A stretch of DNA of 64,000 nucleotides from an uncultured Eubacteriales bacterium (GTDB lineage Bacteria > Bacillota > Clostridia > Oscillospirales > CAG-272): contig CAKSSY010000001.1 of the NCBI GenBank assembly GCA_934489945.1, positions 12,044-76,043 of the forward strand, written 5' to 3'. Position numbers and translations under genes: made by a program. Position 1 is the first letter of the stretch, and every line of letters starts with the position of its first letter. Positions 51,375 to 60,245 of the stretch are shown in pieces. The notes below the pieces were generated by a model, which was not told the origin of the DNA, did not search any database, and worked only from the letters and a program-made list of their open reading frames with translations.

Positions 51375-51812
51375 ATGCTTTACAGTGAAAAAGTTATGGA
51401 TCATTTCAGCCATCCGCGGAATGTCGGCGAAATTGCCGATGCGGACGGTGTTGGCACCGTAGGCAATGCCAAGTGCGGTGATATTATGCAGATGTTTATT
51501 AAGGTGGACAAAGAAACCGGCATTATTACCGATGTCAAGTTCAAAACGTTCGGATGCGGTGCCGCCATTGCCACATCGTCAATGGCTACCGAGCTCGTGA
51601 AGGGAAGAAGCATTGATGAAGCCCTTACGTTGACCAATTCCGCTGTGGTGGAGGCATTGGAGGGTCTTCCGCCGGTCAAGATTCATTGTTCGGTTCTTGC
51701 GGAAGAGGCGATTAAAGCGGCAATTGCTGATTATTATAAGAAAAACGGTATTGATAAGGAAATTCCGGCACCCAAGGATTGTCACGAGTGTGAAATCCAT
51801 GCCGAGAAATGA
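51375..51812 (+). CDS. nifU: Fe-S cluster scaffold protein NifU/IscU-like
   Basis: HPRNVGEI, NAKCGDIM, FKTFGCGAAIA and KIHCSVLA conserved Cys motifs. Confidence 0.9.
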   Translation: MLYSEKVMDHFSHPRNVGEIADADGVGTVGNAKCGDIMQMFIKVDKETGIITDVKFKTFGCGAAIATSSMATELVKGRSIDEALTLTNSAVVEALEGLPPVKIHCSVLAEEAIKAAIADYYKKNGIDKEIPAPKDCHECEIHAEK

Positions 51813-51830
51813 AGCATAAATTTTCATATT

Positions 51831-51865
51831 GCGAGTGTTGAGAAAAACGACACTCGCGTTTTTTT
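51831..51865 (+). terminator. nifSU terminator
   Basis: GCGAGTGTtgagaaaaacgACACTCGC followed by GTTTTTTT. Confidence 0.65.
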
Positions 51866-52297
51866 GCATGATTGAATTTTATTGTGCTTGGTTTTGCTTA
51901 AAATATAAGCATTATTTTCCATATACAGAAGGAAAAGAACTGCTTTATGCCGCAACAATTTCCATGACATGGAAACTTTGACGGGCGTGCGAATTTTGAC
52001 GTTTTGCGTTAGAACTTGACGAATTCTTATGTGTGGCGAACGGTTTTCGCTTCAAAAAGACGGGTAAAACAAATTTACTTTTGGAACTGGGCTTGGCAAT
52101 CGGCGAAAATGAGTTTTAGCAATGTGCACAAAAACTTTCGTTTGCTTCGAAACAGCAATTGAATTTGGTAAATTTCAATTACCATTTGATGACTGTGTGA
52201 TTGAATTGTGTAGAACTTTGCAGTGGGGAAGTGCCACAAAGCCTTGATATACTTGGATTCTGTCTGTTTTGCTTGAAATATTATTATGTAATATTTC

Positions 52298-52326
52298 TTG
52301 ACAGTTTCTTCGATTTGTGGTATGAT
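52298..52326 (+). promoter_or_regulatory. Promoter of the large ABC/DUF5696-like operon (TTGACA-N17-TATGAT, TG-extended)
   Basis: TTGACA at 52298-52303, and gTGgTATGAT ending at 52326. About 200 nt upstream of the ATG at 52534. Confidence 0.5.
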
Positions 52327-52533
52327 ATCTCTATAAAAATAAATCCAAACGTTTCGGCAGATGCAAACATCGTGTGGTGTTACTTTCTGTTTGGACGAAT
52401 GGCTCATTCCGCCTCCGACTTTGTAAGGGTTCCGCTTCTTTGCTCCGGCATTTCGACGGACATGGTTGCTGAATCTGCTTGTGGGGCGGAAAGTTATGTA
52501 TTCCATGCTTGCACAATTTTCAGGAGGAAAACT

Positions 52534-55500
52534 ATGAACAAGAAAAGAACCCAAAGAATTTTGTCTTTGGTACTTGCTTTGGCGTTCCTTGTCCCTGGCA
52601 CGCTTTTTGCTGCCGCGGCGGAGGGGAATCTTCTGACGTCACCTGCCGTTACGTCGGGGCAAGGGAACTCGGGGAATGGCTCTGTCACCGATGCTACCAT
52701 TGACGATGTGAGAGAAATTTTGGATTCCGCGTCCTACGAGGAGTATCGCAGCGAGTATTACGTTGCGAAAACCACCGTTGTGGACGGAGTGAAAACCACC
52801 ACGTATGAATGGACGGTGAAGCCGGGAGAAAAGGAAATCGTAATTGACGCGATTGACAATTTATACACCGAGGGAACCGATGCCGCATACAAGGTGGAAA
52901 CGTATGACGGTGTCAAAGCGTTGTATACGCCGTCCTCCGGCACCGTTTCATGGAAGGTTGCGATTCCGGAAAGAGCGAGATACAGCATTGTTATCGAATA
53001 TTATCCGGTTTACACCAACAATGCCGGCGAGGTAGTCAGTAAGGCAACCGGTATTGAGCGTATTTTCCGTATCAATTCGGCAATCCCGTTCCTGGAGGCA
53101 CGTTATCTTTCTCTTGCCAAGATATATCGGAATGAGTATGTGAGTGCCGAACGCAAGGTCGACAACAAAAAGTCGATTTCCGAGTACATAAGTGAGGCGG
53201 AAGCGGTTGGACTGAAGGTGACGGAAAAACGCGAATCACAGGGCGGTGGCACATATCTGATTTATGAAATGCCAGAAGTGTGGACGTCTGCGATTTCGGA
53301 TTATTGTGAGGCAAACGGTATCCGTTTCTTTACGACGGACATTGACAACAACGAAATTCGTCCTACCATCAAGCAAAGCCCCGCATGGTCTTCCTATGAG
53401 ATTCACGACGCCGACGGCTATTATGCGGAGTCTTTCGAGTTCGTGTTTGACAAATCTGATTCGACCATTATTTCACTGACTGGTGTCAATGAGCCGATGG
53501 CGATCAAATCCATTCGGTTGATTCCTCATGAAGATTATAAGACCATGGAAACGGTGTCTGCCGGTTATCCGACAAAGACACCGGGGACGGACAAAGTCAA
53601 GATTGAAGGCGAATATCCGTATTCGACTTCATCTCAGACAATTTATCCGATAGAGGATACCCGTTCTGCCAAGACAAGCCCGATTTCCACGGCACGTACA
53701 TATCTGAATACGATTGGCGGCGTGGGCGGTGAAAAATGGGTGTCTGCGGGACAGACCATCTCTTATCGTTTTACGGTCAACAACAGCGGTATATATAATA
53801 TAGTAGCGAGATTCAGCCAGTCGACACTGGACGGTATGTATTCTTCGAGATCTCTTGCTTTACATACCAACTATACGGAGAGCGAGTATAAAGCGAAGTT
53901 CGGGAATCTGAACGGCTATTATGACGGTTGTCCCGGTGTTGAGGCAACAAGACTTCGTTTTGATTATTCCACGGCTTGGCAGACTAAAATTCTGTCGGAC
54001 GGGAATGTGGATCTTGCCTTCTATTTTGAAAAAGGCGTTGAATATCAGATCGACTTTACAGTAACCCTCGGTTCCATGGGCTCGTTGGTGAGTCAGGTGG
54101 AGAGTGCACTGGAAGCGATCAATGCCGATTATCTGAATATTCTTAAACTGACCGGTGCAGAGCCTGACGATTACCGCGATTACGGCTTTAAACGTGTTAT
54201 GCCGGATGTGGTAGAAAGCCTTTGCAAACAGGGTGAGCTTCTGTACGCTCTTGTGGAAGAACTTCAGGAAATGTCCGGCGTCAAAGGATCCATGGCAGCT
54301 ACATTGGAAAAAGTGGCATGGCTTCTGACTAGAATGGGAAATGATCCCGAAAATGAGATTGCAAGAAACCTTACACAGTTCAAGAGTTATATCGGCTCGC
54401 TTGGCACATGGATCAGCGATGCCAAAACGCAGCCTCTTCAGATTGACTACCTGCTCATTCAGGGAACCGATCAGAAGGTTCCGAAGGCTGAGGCAAACTT
54501 CTTCCAGTCGTTTGCACATGAAATCAGCAGTTTCTTCCAAAGTTTCGTTCGTAACTACGACAGAATGGGTGCTACTGCCGATTATAAAGATGATGACAAA
54601 GAAGTAATCAAGGTTTGGCTGGCATACGGACGCGACCAGTCTCAGGTTATCCGTAACCTTGTCAACAACGAATTTACTCCGGCTTCCGGCGTTCCGGTCA
54701 ATCTGAAATTGGTCGCCGGCGGAACGCTTCTTCCGTCTATTCTTGCCAAGAGCGGACCTGATGTCTATATCGGTCTCGGGCAGAGCGAAGTCATCAACTA
54801 TGCAATCCGCGGTGCTTTGATTGCGGTGGAGGAACGGGACGGATTTAAGGAACTTTGCCTGGATGAAGAAACCAGACAGTTCAACGAAGCTGCGATGATG
54901 GTTCTCGGTATTGCGGACGCGGCGAACGTCATGCATTACTACGGACTCCCTGAAACACAAACATTTAATATGATGTTTGTCAGAAAGGATATTCTTGCCG
55001 GTTTGAATTTGGATATTCCCAAAACATGGGATGATGTTTTGTCGGCAATTCCGGTGCTTCAGGCAAACAATATGCAGATCGGTATGCATTCCGATTACAA
55101 GATCTTCCTTTATCAGATGGGTGGCGAGCTGTTTGCTGACGGCGGTATGCGAATCAATCTTGATTCCAATGTTGCACTGGAAGCATTTGAGATGATGTGT
55201 AGCTTGTACACCAACTACTCTTTCCCGTACACATACGATTTTGCAAACCGTTTCAGAACCGGTGAGATGCCGATCGGCTTTGCCGGCTACACCGAAACCT
55301 ATAACAAACTGAAGGTTTTTGCAACTGAAATTGAAGGGCTTTGGGGTATGTACCCGATGCCGGGAACCGAAGATGAATACGGCAATATTAACAACTGTGC
55401 AGTTTCTACGGCGACGGCAATTGTTATGATTACAGGTTGTGAAAATGTTGACGGGGCGTGGGAATTTATGAAGTGGCACTCCGGTGAGGATTGTCAGGAG

Positions 55501-56175
55501 CAGTATTCCAATGAAATGGTTGCAATCCTTGGTCCTTCCGCAAAACATCCTACTGCCAACATCGATGCGCTTGAAGGTCTTCCGTGGTCGGCGGATGAAC
55601 TGAAGGAAATCAAACTTCAGTTTAATAATCTTGCCGCAATTCCCAACTATCCCGGTTCTTACATTATTGACCGTTATACCAACTTTGCATTTCTTGCTGC
55701 GTTCAACGATGGCGCGGACCCTGCGGAAGAATTGCTTTCCCATATTACAACAATTAACAAGGAAATTGCCCGCAAGAGACAAGAATTTGATTTGGAAACG
55801 CTGGATTATATCGGACAGAAACTCTCCGAAAAGAGAATTTCGCAGGCATTGACGCTTCTTTCTACCGGAACTCTTTCGGTGGAAATCGGTGTGGAGAACA
55901 GTAACGGAAAGGTCGAACTTCATACCGTCAAATATTCCGTCAGTGACAGCCTGAAAAAGCAATACGCTACCGAGATTGACAAGGTCATTGCCGAGCTTTC
56001 AAAGACAACAGATATTAACAACAAGCTCAGCGAAGAAAGACAGATGACACTCTTAAAAGAAAACATTGAAATTTTGTCTGCAATTCAGACAAGCGGTGCG
56101 GATGCCGAGGGCATTGCCATGGCGAGCAAGCTGATGAATGAAGCACTGAATGCTCTGCTTAGTTATCAGCACTAA
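52534..56175 (+). CDS. Giant (1213 aa) secreted solute-binding protein: ~690-aa N-terminal extension fused to an ABC family-1 SBP domain and a helical tail
   Basis: AGGAGG RBS. SPase-I type signal MNKKRTQRILSLVLALAFLVPGTLFAAAAEG with no lipobox Cys. From ~54600, KVWLAYGRDQSQVIRNLVNNEFTPASGVPVNLKLV..PDVYIG is typical of sugar SBPs. The listed ORF is over-extended to 52201. Confidence 0.75.
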   Translation: MNKKRTQRILSLVLALAFLVPGTLFAAAAEGNLLTSPAVTSGQGNSGNGSVTDATIDDVREILDSASYEEYRSEYYVAKTTVVDGVKTTTYEWTVKPGEKEIVIDAIDNLYTEGTDAAYKVETYDGVKALYTPSSGTVSWKVAIPERARYSIVIEYYPVYTNNAGEVVSKATGIERIFRINSAIPFLEARYLSLAKIYRNEYVSAERKVDNKKSISEYISEAEAVGLKVTEKRESQGGGTYLIYEMPEVWTSAISDYCEANGIRFFTTDIDNNEIRPTIKQSPAWSSYEIHDADGYYAESFEFVFDKSDSTIISLTGVNEPMAIKSIRLIPHEDYKTMETVSAGYPTKTPGTDKVKIEGEYPYSTSSQTIYPIEDTRSAKTSPISTARTYLNTIGGVGGEKWVSAGQTISYRFTVNNSGIYNIVARFSQSTLDGMYSSRSLALHTNYTESEYKAKFGNLNGYYDGCPGVEATRLRFDYSTAWQTKILSDGNVDLAFYFEKGVEYQIDFTVTLGSMGSLVSQVESALEAINADYLNILKLTGAEPDDYRDYGFKRVMPDVVESLCKQGELLYALVEELQEMSGVKGSMAATLEKVAWLLTRMGNDPENEIARNLTQFKSYIGSLGTWISDAKTQPLQIDYLLIQGTDQKVPKAEANFFQSFAHEISSFFQSFVRNYDRMGATADYKDDDKEVIKVWLAYGRDQSQVIRNLVNNEFTPASGVPVNLKLVAGGTLLPSILAKSGPDVYIGLGQSEVINYAIRGALIAVEERDGFKELCLDEETRQFNEAAMMVLGIADAANVMHYYGLPETQTFNMMFVRKDILAGLNLDIPKTWDDVLSAIPVLQANNMQIGMHSDYKIFLYQMGGELFADGGMRINLDSNVALEAFEMMCSLYTNYSFPYTYDFANRFRTGEMPIGFAGYTETYNKLKVFATEIEGLWGMYPMPGTEDEYGNINNCAVSTATAIVMITGCENVDGAWEFMKWHSGEDCQEQYSNEMVAILGPSAKHPTANIDALEGLPWSADELKEIKLQFNNLAAIPNYPGSYIIDRYTNFAFLAAFNDGADPAEELLSHITTINKEIARKRQEFDLETLDYIGQKLSEKRISQALTLLSTGTLSVEIGVENSNGKVELHTVKYSVSDSLKKQYATEIDKVIAELSKTTDINNKLSEERQMTLLKENIEILSAIQTSGADAEGIAMASKLMNEALNALLSYQH

Positions 56176-56211
56176 CGGGTTATTTAATCTATTTGATTTA
56201 AGGAGAGAAAA

Positions 56212-57159
56212 ATGTCAAACAAAGCAGCAGAAAAAAAAGCTGTTTCGCGGAAAGACATGACTCGGTTACAGTGGACATGGAAGGAAATGAAGAGAAACAA
56301 AGCAGCGTATCTGATGTGCTTTCCCTTCATGTTGATTTTCACGCTGTTTACCGTTGTTCCGGTCATCCTTTCGATCGTGTTCAGCGTTACGGACTTCAAC
56401 TTGCTTGAATGGCCGAATTTTGTCTTTGCCGACAACTATATCCGTCTGTTCCTCGATGACGATATTTTTATCATTGCCGTCAAAAACACCTTTATTTTTG
56501 CCATTATCGTCGGTCCTGTATCCTATTTGCTTTCTTTCGTGGTGGCTTGGTTTATCAACGAGTTGCCGCCTAAGATCAGAGCCGTGGTGACACTGGTCTT
56601 CTACGCTCCTTCCATTTCCGGTCAGGTTTACCTGATTTGGCAGACGTTGTTCTCGGGCGACTCTTACGGCTGGGTAAACGCCAAGCTCTTGGAAATCGGA
56701 TTGATTACCACACCGATTCAGTTCTTTAAAAATGCGGATTATGTTATGCCTCTTTGTATCGTGGTCGCGCTGTGGACATCGCTTGGTACCGCTTTCCTGT
56801 CCTTTATTGCCGGACTTCAGGGCGTGGACAAGGCGCAGTACGAAGCCGGTGCCGTTGATGGTGTCAAGAACCGGTGGCAGGAACTGTGGTTTATCACACT
56901 CCCCAATATGGGACCGCAGTTGATGTTTGGTGCCATCATGGCAATTACCAGTTCTTTTGGCTTCGGCGGAATCGTAACCGCTCTTTGCGGCTTCCCGTCT
57001 GTCGACTATGCAGCTCATACGATTATGCACCATTTGGACGACTATTACGGTCAGCGTTTTGAGGTCGGATATGCTTCGGCGATTGCTGTGGTATTGTTCG
57101 TAATCATGGTGGGCGCGAACATGATCGTTAAGAAGATCATTGCAAAGGTAGGTACGTAA
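56212..57159 (+). CDS. Carbohydrate ABC transporter permease (CUT1, MalF/UgpA-like)
   Basis: 6 TM segments and EAA-type loop YEAGAVDGVKNRWQELWFITLP. Confidence 0.9.
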   Translation: MSNKAAEKKAVSRKDMTRLQWTWKEMKRNKAAYLMCFPFMLIFTLFTVVPVILSIVFSVTDFNLLEWPNFVFADNYIRLFLDDDIFIIAVKNTFIFAIIVGPVSYLLSFVVAWFINELPPKIRAVVTLVFYAPSISGQVYLIWQTLFSGDSYGWVNAKLLEIGLITTPIQFFKNADYVMPLCIVVALWTSLGTAFLSFIAGLQGVDKAQYEAGAVDGVKNRWQELWFITLPNMGPQLMFGAIMAITSSFGFGGIVTALCGFPSVDYAAHTIMHHLDDYYGQRFEVGYASAIAVVLFVIMVGANMIVKKIIAKVGT

Positions 57160-57160
57160 T

Positions 57161-58033
57161 ATGGCAAAATTAAGAACAAGAAATCATAAAGTCGTACTGA
57201 ACCGATCGCGCGGCGGCGATGCCGGCATTACCGTAATGCTTTCGCTGTTGGGTATCTTCATGTTCCTTCCGATGCTTTATGTTGTAATGCAGTCATTAAA
57301 GCCTTTGGATGAACTTTGGATGTTTCCGCCGAGATTTTACGTGGTCAGTCCCACACTCAGCAACTATTCGGACCTTCTGACTTTGATGAATACATCATGG
57401 GTTCCGTTTTCCCGATATATTTTCAATACGGTGTTTGTTTCTGTGGTAGGAACTACCGGTAACCTGTTCCTTTCCTCCATGGCGGCTTATGCAATGGCGA
57501 AAATCAAATTTCCGGGCGGCAAGTTGATGTTCAAAACCGTCAGAACTTCTTTGATGTTCCATGCGACGGTAACTTCTACTACATCGTTCCTGATTATGAG
57601 TAATCTGCACCTGATTGATACTTACTGGGCAAGAATTATTCCCGCATGGGCAACTTCTCTTGGTTTGTACCTCATGAAGCAGTTTATGGAAACCGGTGTT
57701 ACCGATGCTGTATTGGAGAGCGCACGTCTTGACGGCGCAAGCGAGCTTCGTACATACTGGACGATTGCCATGCCGATGGTAAAACCCGCTTGGTTGACGC
57801 TGATTGTATACTCTTTCAAGGATTTGTGGAACGCGGGCGCGTCCATGTACATTCAGTCGGAACAGTTGAAATCCTTTAACTATGCCATTCAGCAGGTTAT
57901 GGCCGGTGGTATCAAGCGTGCCGGTGCCGGCGCGGCGTCTACGGTCATTATGATGATCGTACCGATTACGGTCTTTATCATTACACAGTCGAATATCATT
58001 GAAACCATGGGTTCCAGTGGTATGAAGGATTAA
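57161..58033 (+). CDS. Carbohydrate ABC transporter permease (CUT1, MalG/UgpE-like)
   Basis: 6 TM segments and EAA loop LESARLDGASELRTYWTIAMPMVKP. 1-nt gap to the previous gene. Confidence 0.9.
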   Translation: MAKLRTRNHKVVLNRSRGGDAGITVMLSLLGIFMFLPMLYVVMQSLKPLDELWMFPPRFYVVSPTLSNYSDLLTLMNTSWVPFSRYIFNTVFVSVVGTTGNLFLSSMAAYAMAKIKFPGGKLMFKTVRTSLMFHATVTSTTSFLIMSNLHLIDTYWARIIPAWATSLGLYLMKQFMETGVTDAVLESARLDGASELRTYWTIAMPMVKPAWLTLIVYSFKDLWNAGASMYIQSEQLKSFNYAIQQVMAGGIKRAGAGAASTVIMMIVPITVFIITQSNIIETMGSSGMKD

Positions 58034-58044
58034 GGAGGATGCAG

Positions 58045-60222
58045 ATGAAAAAGTTTATATCCGTTCTTGCTTTGATGTTTGCCCTCATTATGATTCTTCC
58101 TTTGTCGGCAGGCGCATTCAACTCTTTTCAGACCTATACCAACGCGATTGGCGGATCTCCGCTGTATTCCCCCGATGCTTATATTCCGATTAACACATAT
58201 AATTCCGCTTATATGGGACTTGATAAGACGATGTCCGATCCTTACGATATTGCTGTGGACGGTGAGATGAATGTCTATATTGCCGATGCAGGATCGAATT
58301 CCATTATTGTGTTGGACAGATATTATAAGCATAAATTTACTTTGACAAGTTTTACCAATGAAATCGGAGCCCCTGACTCCTTTGCTTCACCTCGTGGTGT
58401 GTTTGTTACCGATGACAAATACGACGGCTATGGCAATTTGGTGGAGGAAGGAAAAATCTACATTTGCGACACGCAGAATTATCGTCTTGTTGTGTTCAGC
58501 CGCAGCGGAGAATTTCTGTATGTTTTGGATGCTCCTGAGTCAGAGTTGTTTGAGGAAAATTCCATTTATTATCCGATTGCGGTTGCGGTCGATAAATATA
58601 ATCGAATTTTTGTGGTGTCGTCGCAGACCACGCAAGGTATTATTGTCTTGACATCGGAAGGCGAATTTACCGGGTTTATCGGCGCGCCGAAGGTCAGCAT
58701 TTCTCTTTGGAACATTATCTGGAGACGTTTTCAGAACGAACAGCAGAGAAAACAGCAGTCAACCTTTGTTCCCGTGACTTTCAATAACATTACGGTGGAC
58801 GAAGATGGTTTTGTTTATGCGACATCCGATAAAATCGACTCCAGCAAAATTGCATCTGCAATTCGTTCCAAATCCATTTCCGGCACAAATGCACCGGTAA
58901 AAAAACTGAATGCCGCAGGCGATGAGATTATGAGCCGTAACGGCTTTTTCCCGCCGGTTGGTGAAGTTGCATATCTTACCAGTTCTAATAACTCAAGCGA
59001 TATTACGGGAGTTTCCACAATCGGCGATGTCGCGTTGGGCGATGCGGGGACGTGGTCCATTACCGATACCAAGCGAAGCAAAATATATACCTACGACTCA
59101 CAGGGCAACCTGTTGTTCGCTTTCGGAGACAAGGGCAATCTTCAGCTCGGTCATATCGGTACGTTAAAAGCAATTGCCTATCAGGGCGAAAAATTGTTGG
59201 CACTGGATTCCGGTTCCACCAAGAGTATTACGGTGTATGAGAGAACCGAGTACGGAAACATTCTGATTTCGGCGGTTGCTGACCAAATTAACCGTGAATA
59301 CGATAAGGCATCCGAAAACTGGACTGAAATTCTGAAAAGAAACTCGAATTTTGATGCCGCCTATATCGGTATCGGTCAGGCTCTTTACAGAAGCGGTAAA
59401 TACGAGGCGGCTCTTGATTATTATGAGGCTGCGTATGATACCGAAAACTGGTCAAAGGCGTATGCCGAACTCCGTAAGGAAAGAGTCGAAAAAATCTTTC
59501 TTTTGATTCCGCTTGGAATTGTTGCACTTTGTATCGGTTTTGTTTTCCTTGCGAAAAAGATCGGCAAAGTAAATCTTCGCGCGGCAACGTCGGGAGAAAA
59601 GATTACATTTGGTAAGGAACTTTTGTTTGGATTTCATGTGATTGCTCATCCGTTCGATGGCTTCTGGGATTTGAAGCACGAAAAACGTGGTTCGTTACGT
59701 GCGGGACTCATTTTCCTCGCTGTGGCAGTGCTGACGTTCTTCTATCAGGCGATCGGACAGGGCTATTTGCTCAATCCGACGGGCGGATATTCTACAATTC
59801 TTACGCAGGTTATCAGTGTATGTATCCCGATCTTACTGTTTGTAATTTCCAACTGGTGTCTGACAACGCTGTTTGAAGGCGAGGGCAGTTTTAAGGACAT
59901 TTTTGTTGCAGTGTGTTACTCGTTGCTTCCGATTCCGCTGTTCACGATTCCTGCAACTATTTTCTCCAATATTGTGACGAACGATGAAAAGGATATTATC
60001 ACGTTGCTCGGAACTTTAGCGTTTATTTGGGCAGGCTTCCTGATCTTCTTCGGAACAATGGTTACGCACGATTATTCACTTGGCAAAAATATTATTATGG
60101 TAATATGTTCGGTTGTCGGTATGGCGTTTATTATGTTTGTTGCCCTGCTGTTTACGACGCTTTTGGGTAAGATCGTAAGTTTCGTCACTAATATCATAAC
60201 TGAAATTGCTTACCGTATGTAA
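58045..60222 (+). CDS. Secreted NHL-repeat beta-propeller plus TPR-like segment fused to a C-terminal 5-TM Yip1-type membrane domain
   Basis: Signal peptide ..LPLSAGA/F. Six NHL-like blades (for example YDIAVDGEMNVYIADAGSNSIIVLD and GKIYICDTQNYRLVVFSRSGEF). TPR-like YRSGKYEAALDYYEAAY. Then TM helices with GFWDLKHEKRGSL typical of Yip1 domains. ATG at 58045 lies 6 nt after AAGGAGG. Confidence 0.7.
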   Translation: MKKFISVLALMFALIMILPLSAGAFNSFQTYTNAIGGSPLYSPDAYIPINTYNSAYMGLDKTMSDPYDIAVDGEMNVYIADAGSNSIIVLDRYYKHKFTLTSFTNEIGAPDSFASPRGVFVTDDKYDGYGNLVEEGKIYICDTQNYRLVVFSRSGEFLYVLDAPESELFEENSIYYPIAVAVDKYNRIFVVSSQTTQGIIVLTSEGEFTGFIGAPKVSISLWNIIWRRFQNEQQRKQQSTFVPVTFNNITVDEDGFVYATSDKIDSSKIASAIRSKSISGTNAPVKKLNAAGDEIMSRNGFFPPVGEVAYLTSSNNSSDITGVSTIGDVALGDAGTWSITDTKRSKIYTYDSQGNLLFAFGDKGNLQLGHIGTLKAIAYQGEKLLALDSGSTKSITVYERTEYGNILISAVADQINREYDKASENWTEILKRNSNFDAAYIGIGQALYRSGKYEAALDYYEAAYDTENWSKAYAELRKERVEKIFLLIPLGIVALCIGFVFLAKKIGKVNLRAATSGEKITFGKELLFGFHVIAHPFDGFWDLKHEKRGSLRAGLIFLAVAVLTFFYQAIGQGYLLNPTGGYSTILTQVISVCIPILLFVISNWCLTTLFEGEGSFKDIFVAVCYSLLPIPLFTIPATIFSNIVTNDEKDIITLLGTLAFIWAGFLIFFGTMVTHDYSLGKNIIMVICSVVGMAFIMFVALLFTTLLGKIVSFVTNIITEIAYRM

Positions 60223-60245
60223 CATACAGAACAGGAGATGATAGA

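Noticed and set aside
52075-52554. 159-aa reverse-strand ORF and the 111-codon 5' extension of the SBP ORF (52201..52533) in the AT-rich gap
   Set aside because: There is no RBS, the peptides are implausible, and the region contains a near-consensus promoter reading into ATG 52534, which has an AGGAGG RBS and a proper signal peptide.
53860-55962. 700-aa reverse-strand ORF inside the giant SBP gene, plus similar long antisense ORFs at 60321..61601, 19600..20847, 23689..24699, 31476..32483, 32490..33236, 13654..14571, 39175..40434, 41238..42068, 50069..50881, 56266..57033 and 10608..11285
   Set aside because: Each lies fully opposite a gene with clear family motifs. Their peptides are Cys/Arg/His/Phe-rich and low in complexity, and they lack RBSs. 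Long antisense ORFs are an expected by-product of codon bias that avoids TTA, CTA and TCA. They remain unproven as coding rather than disproven.
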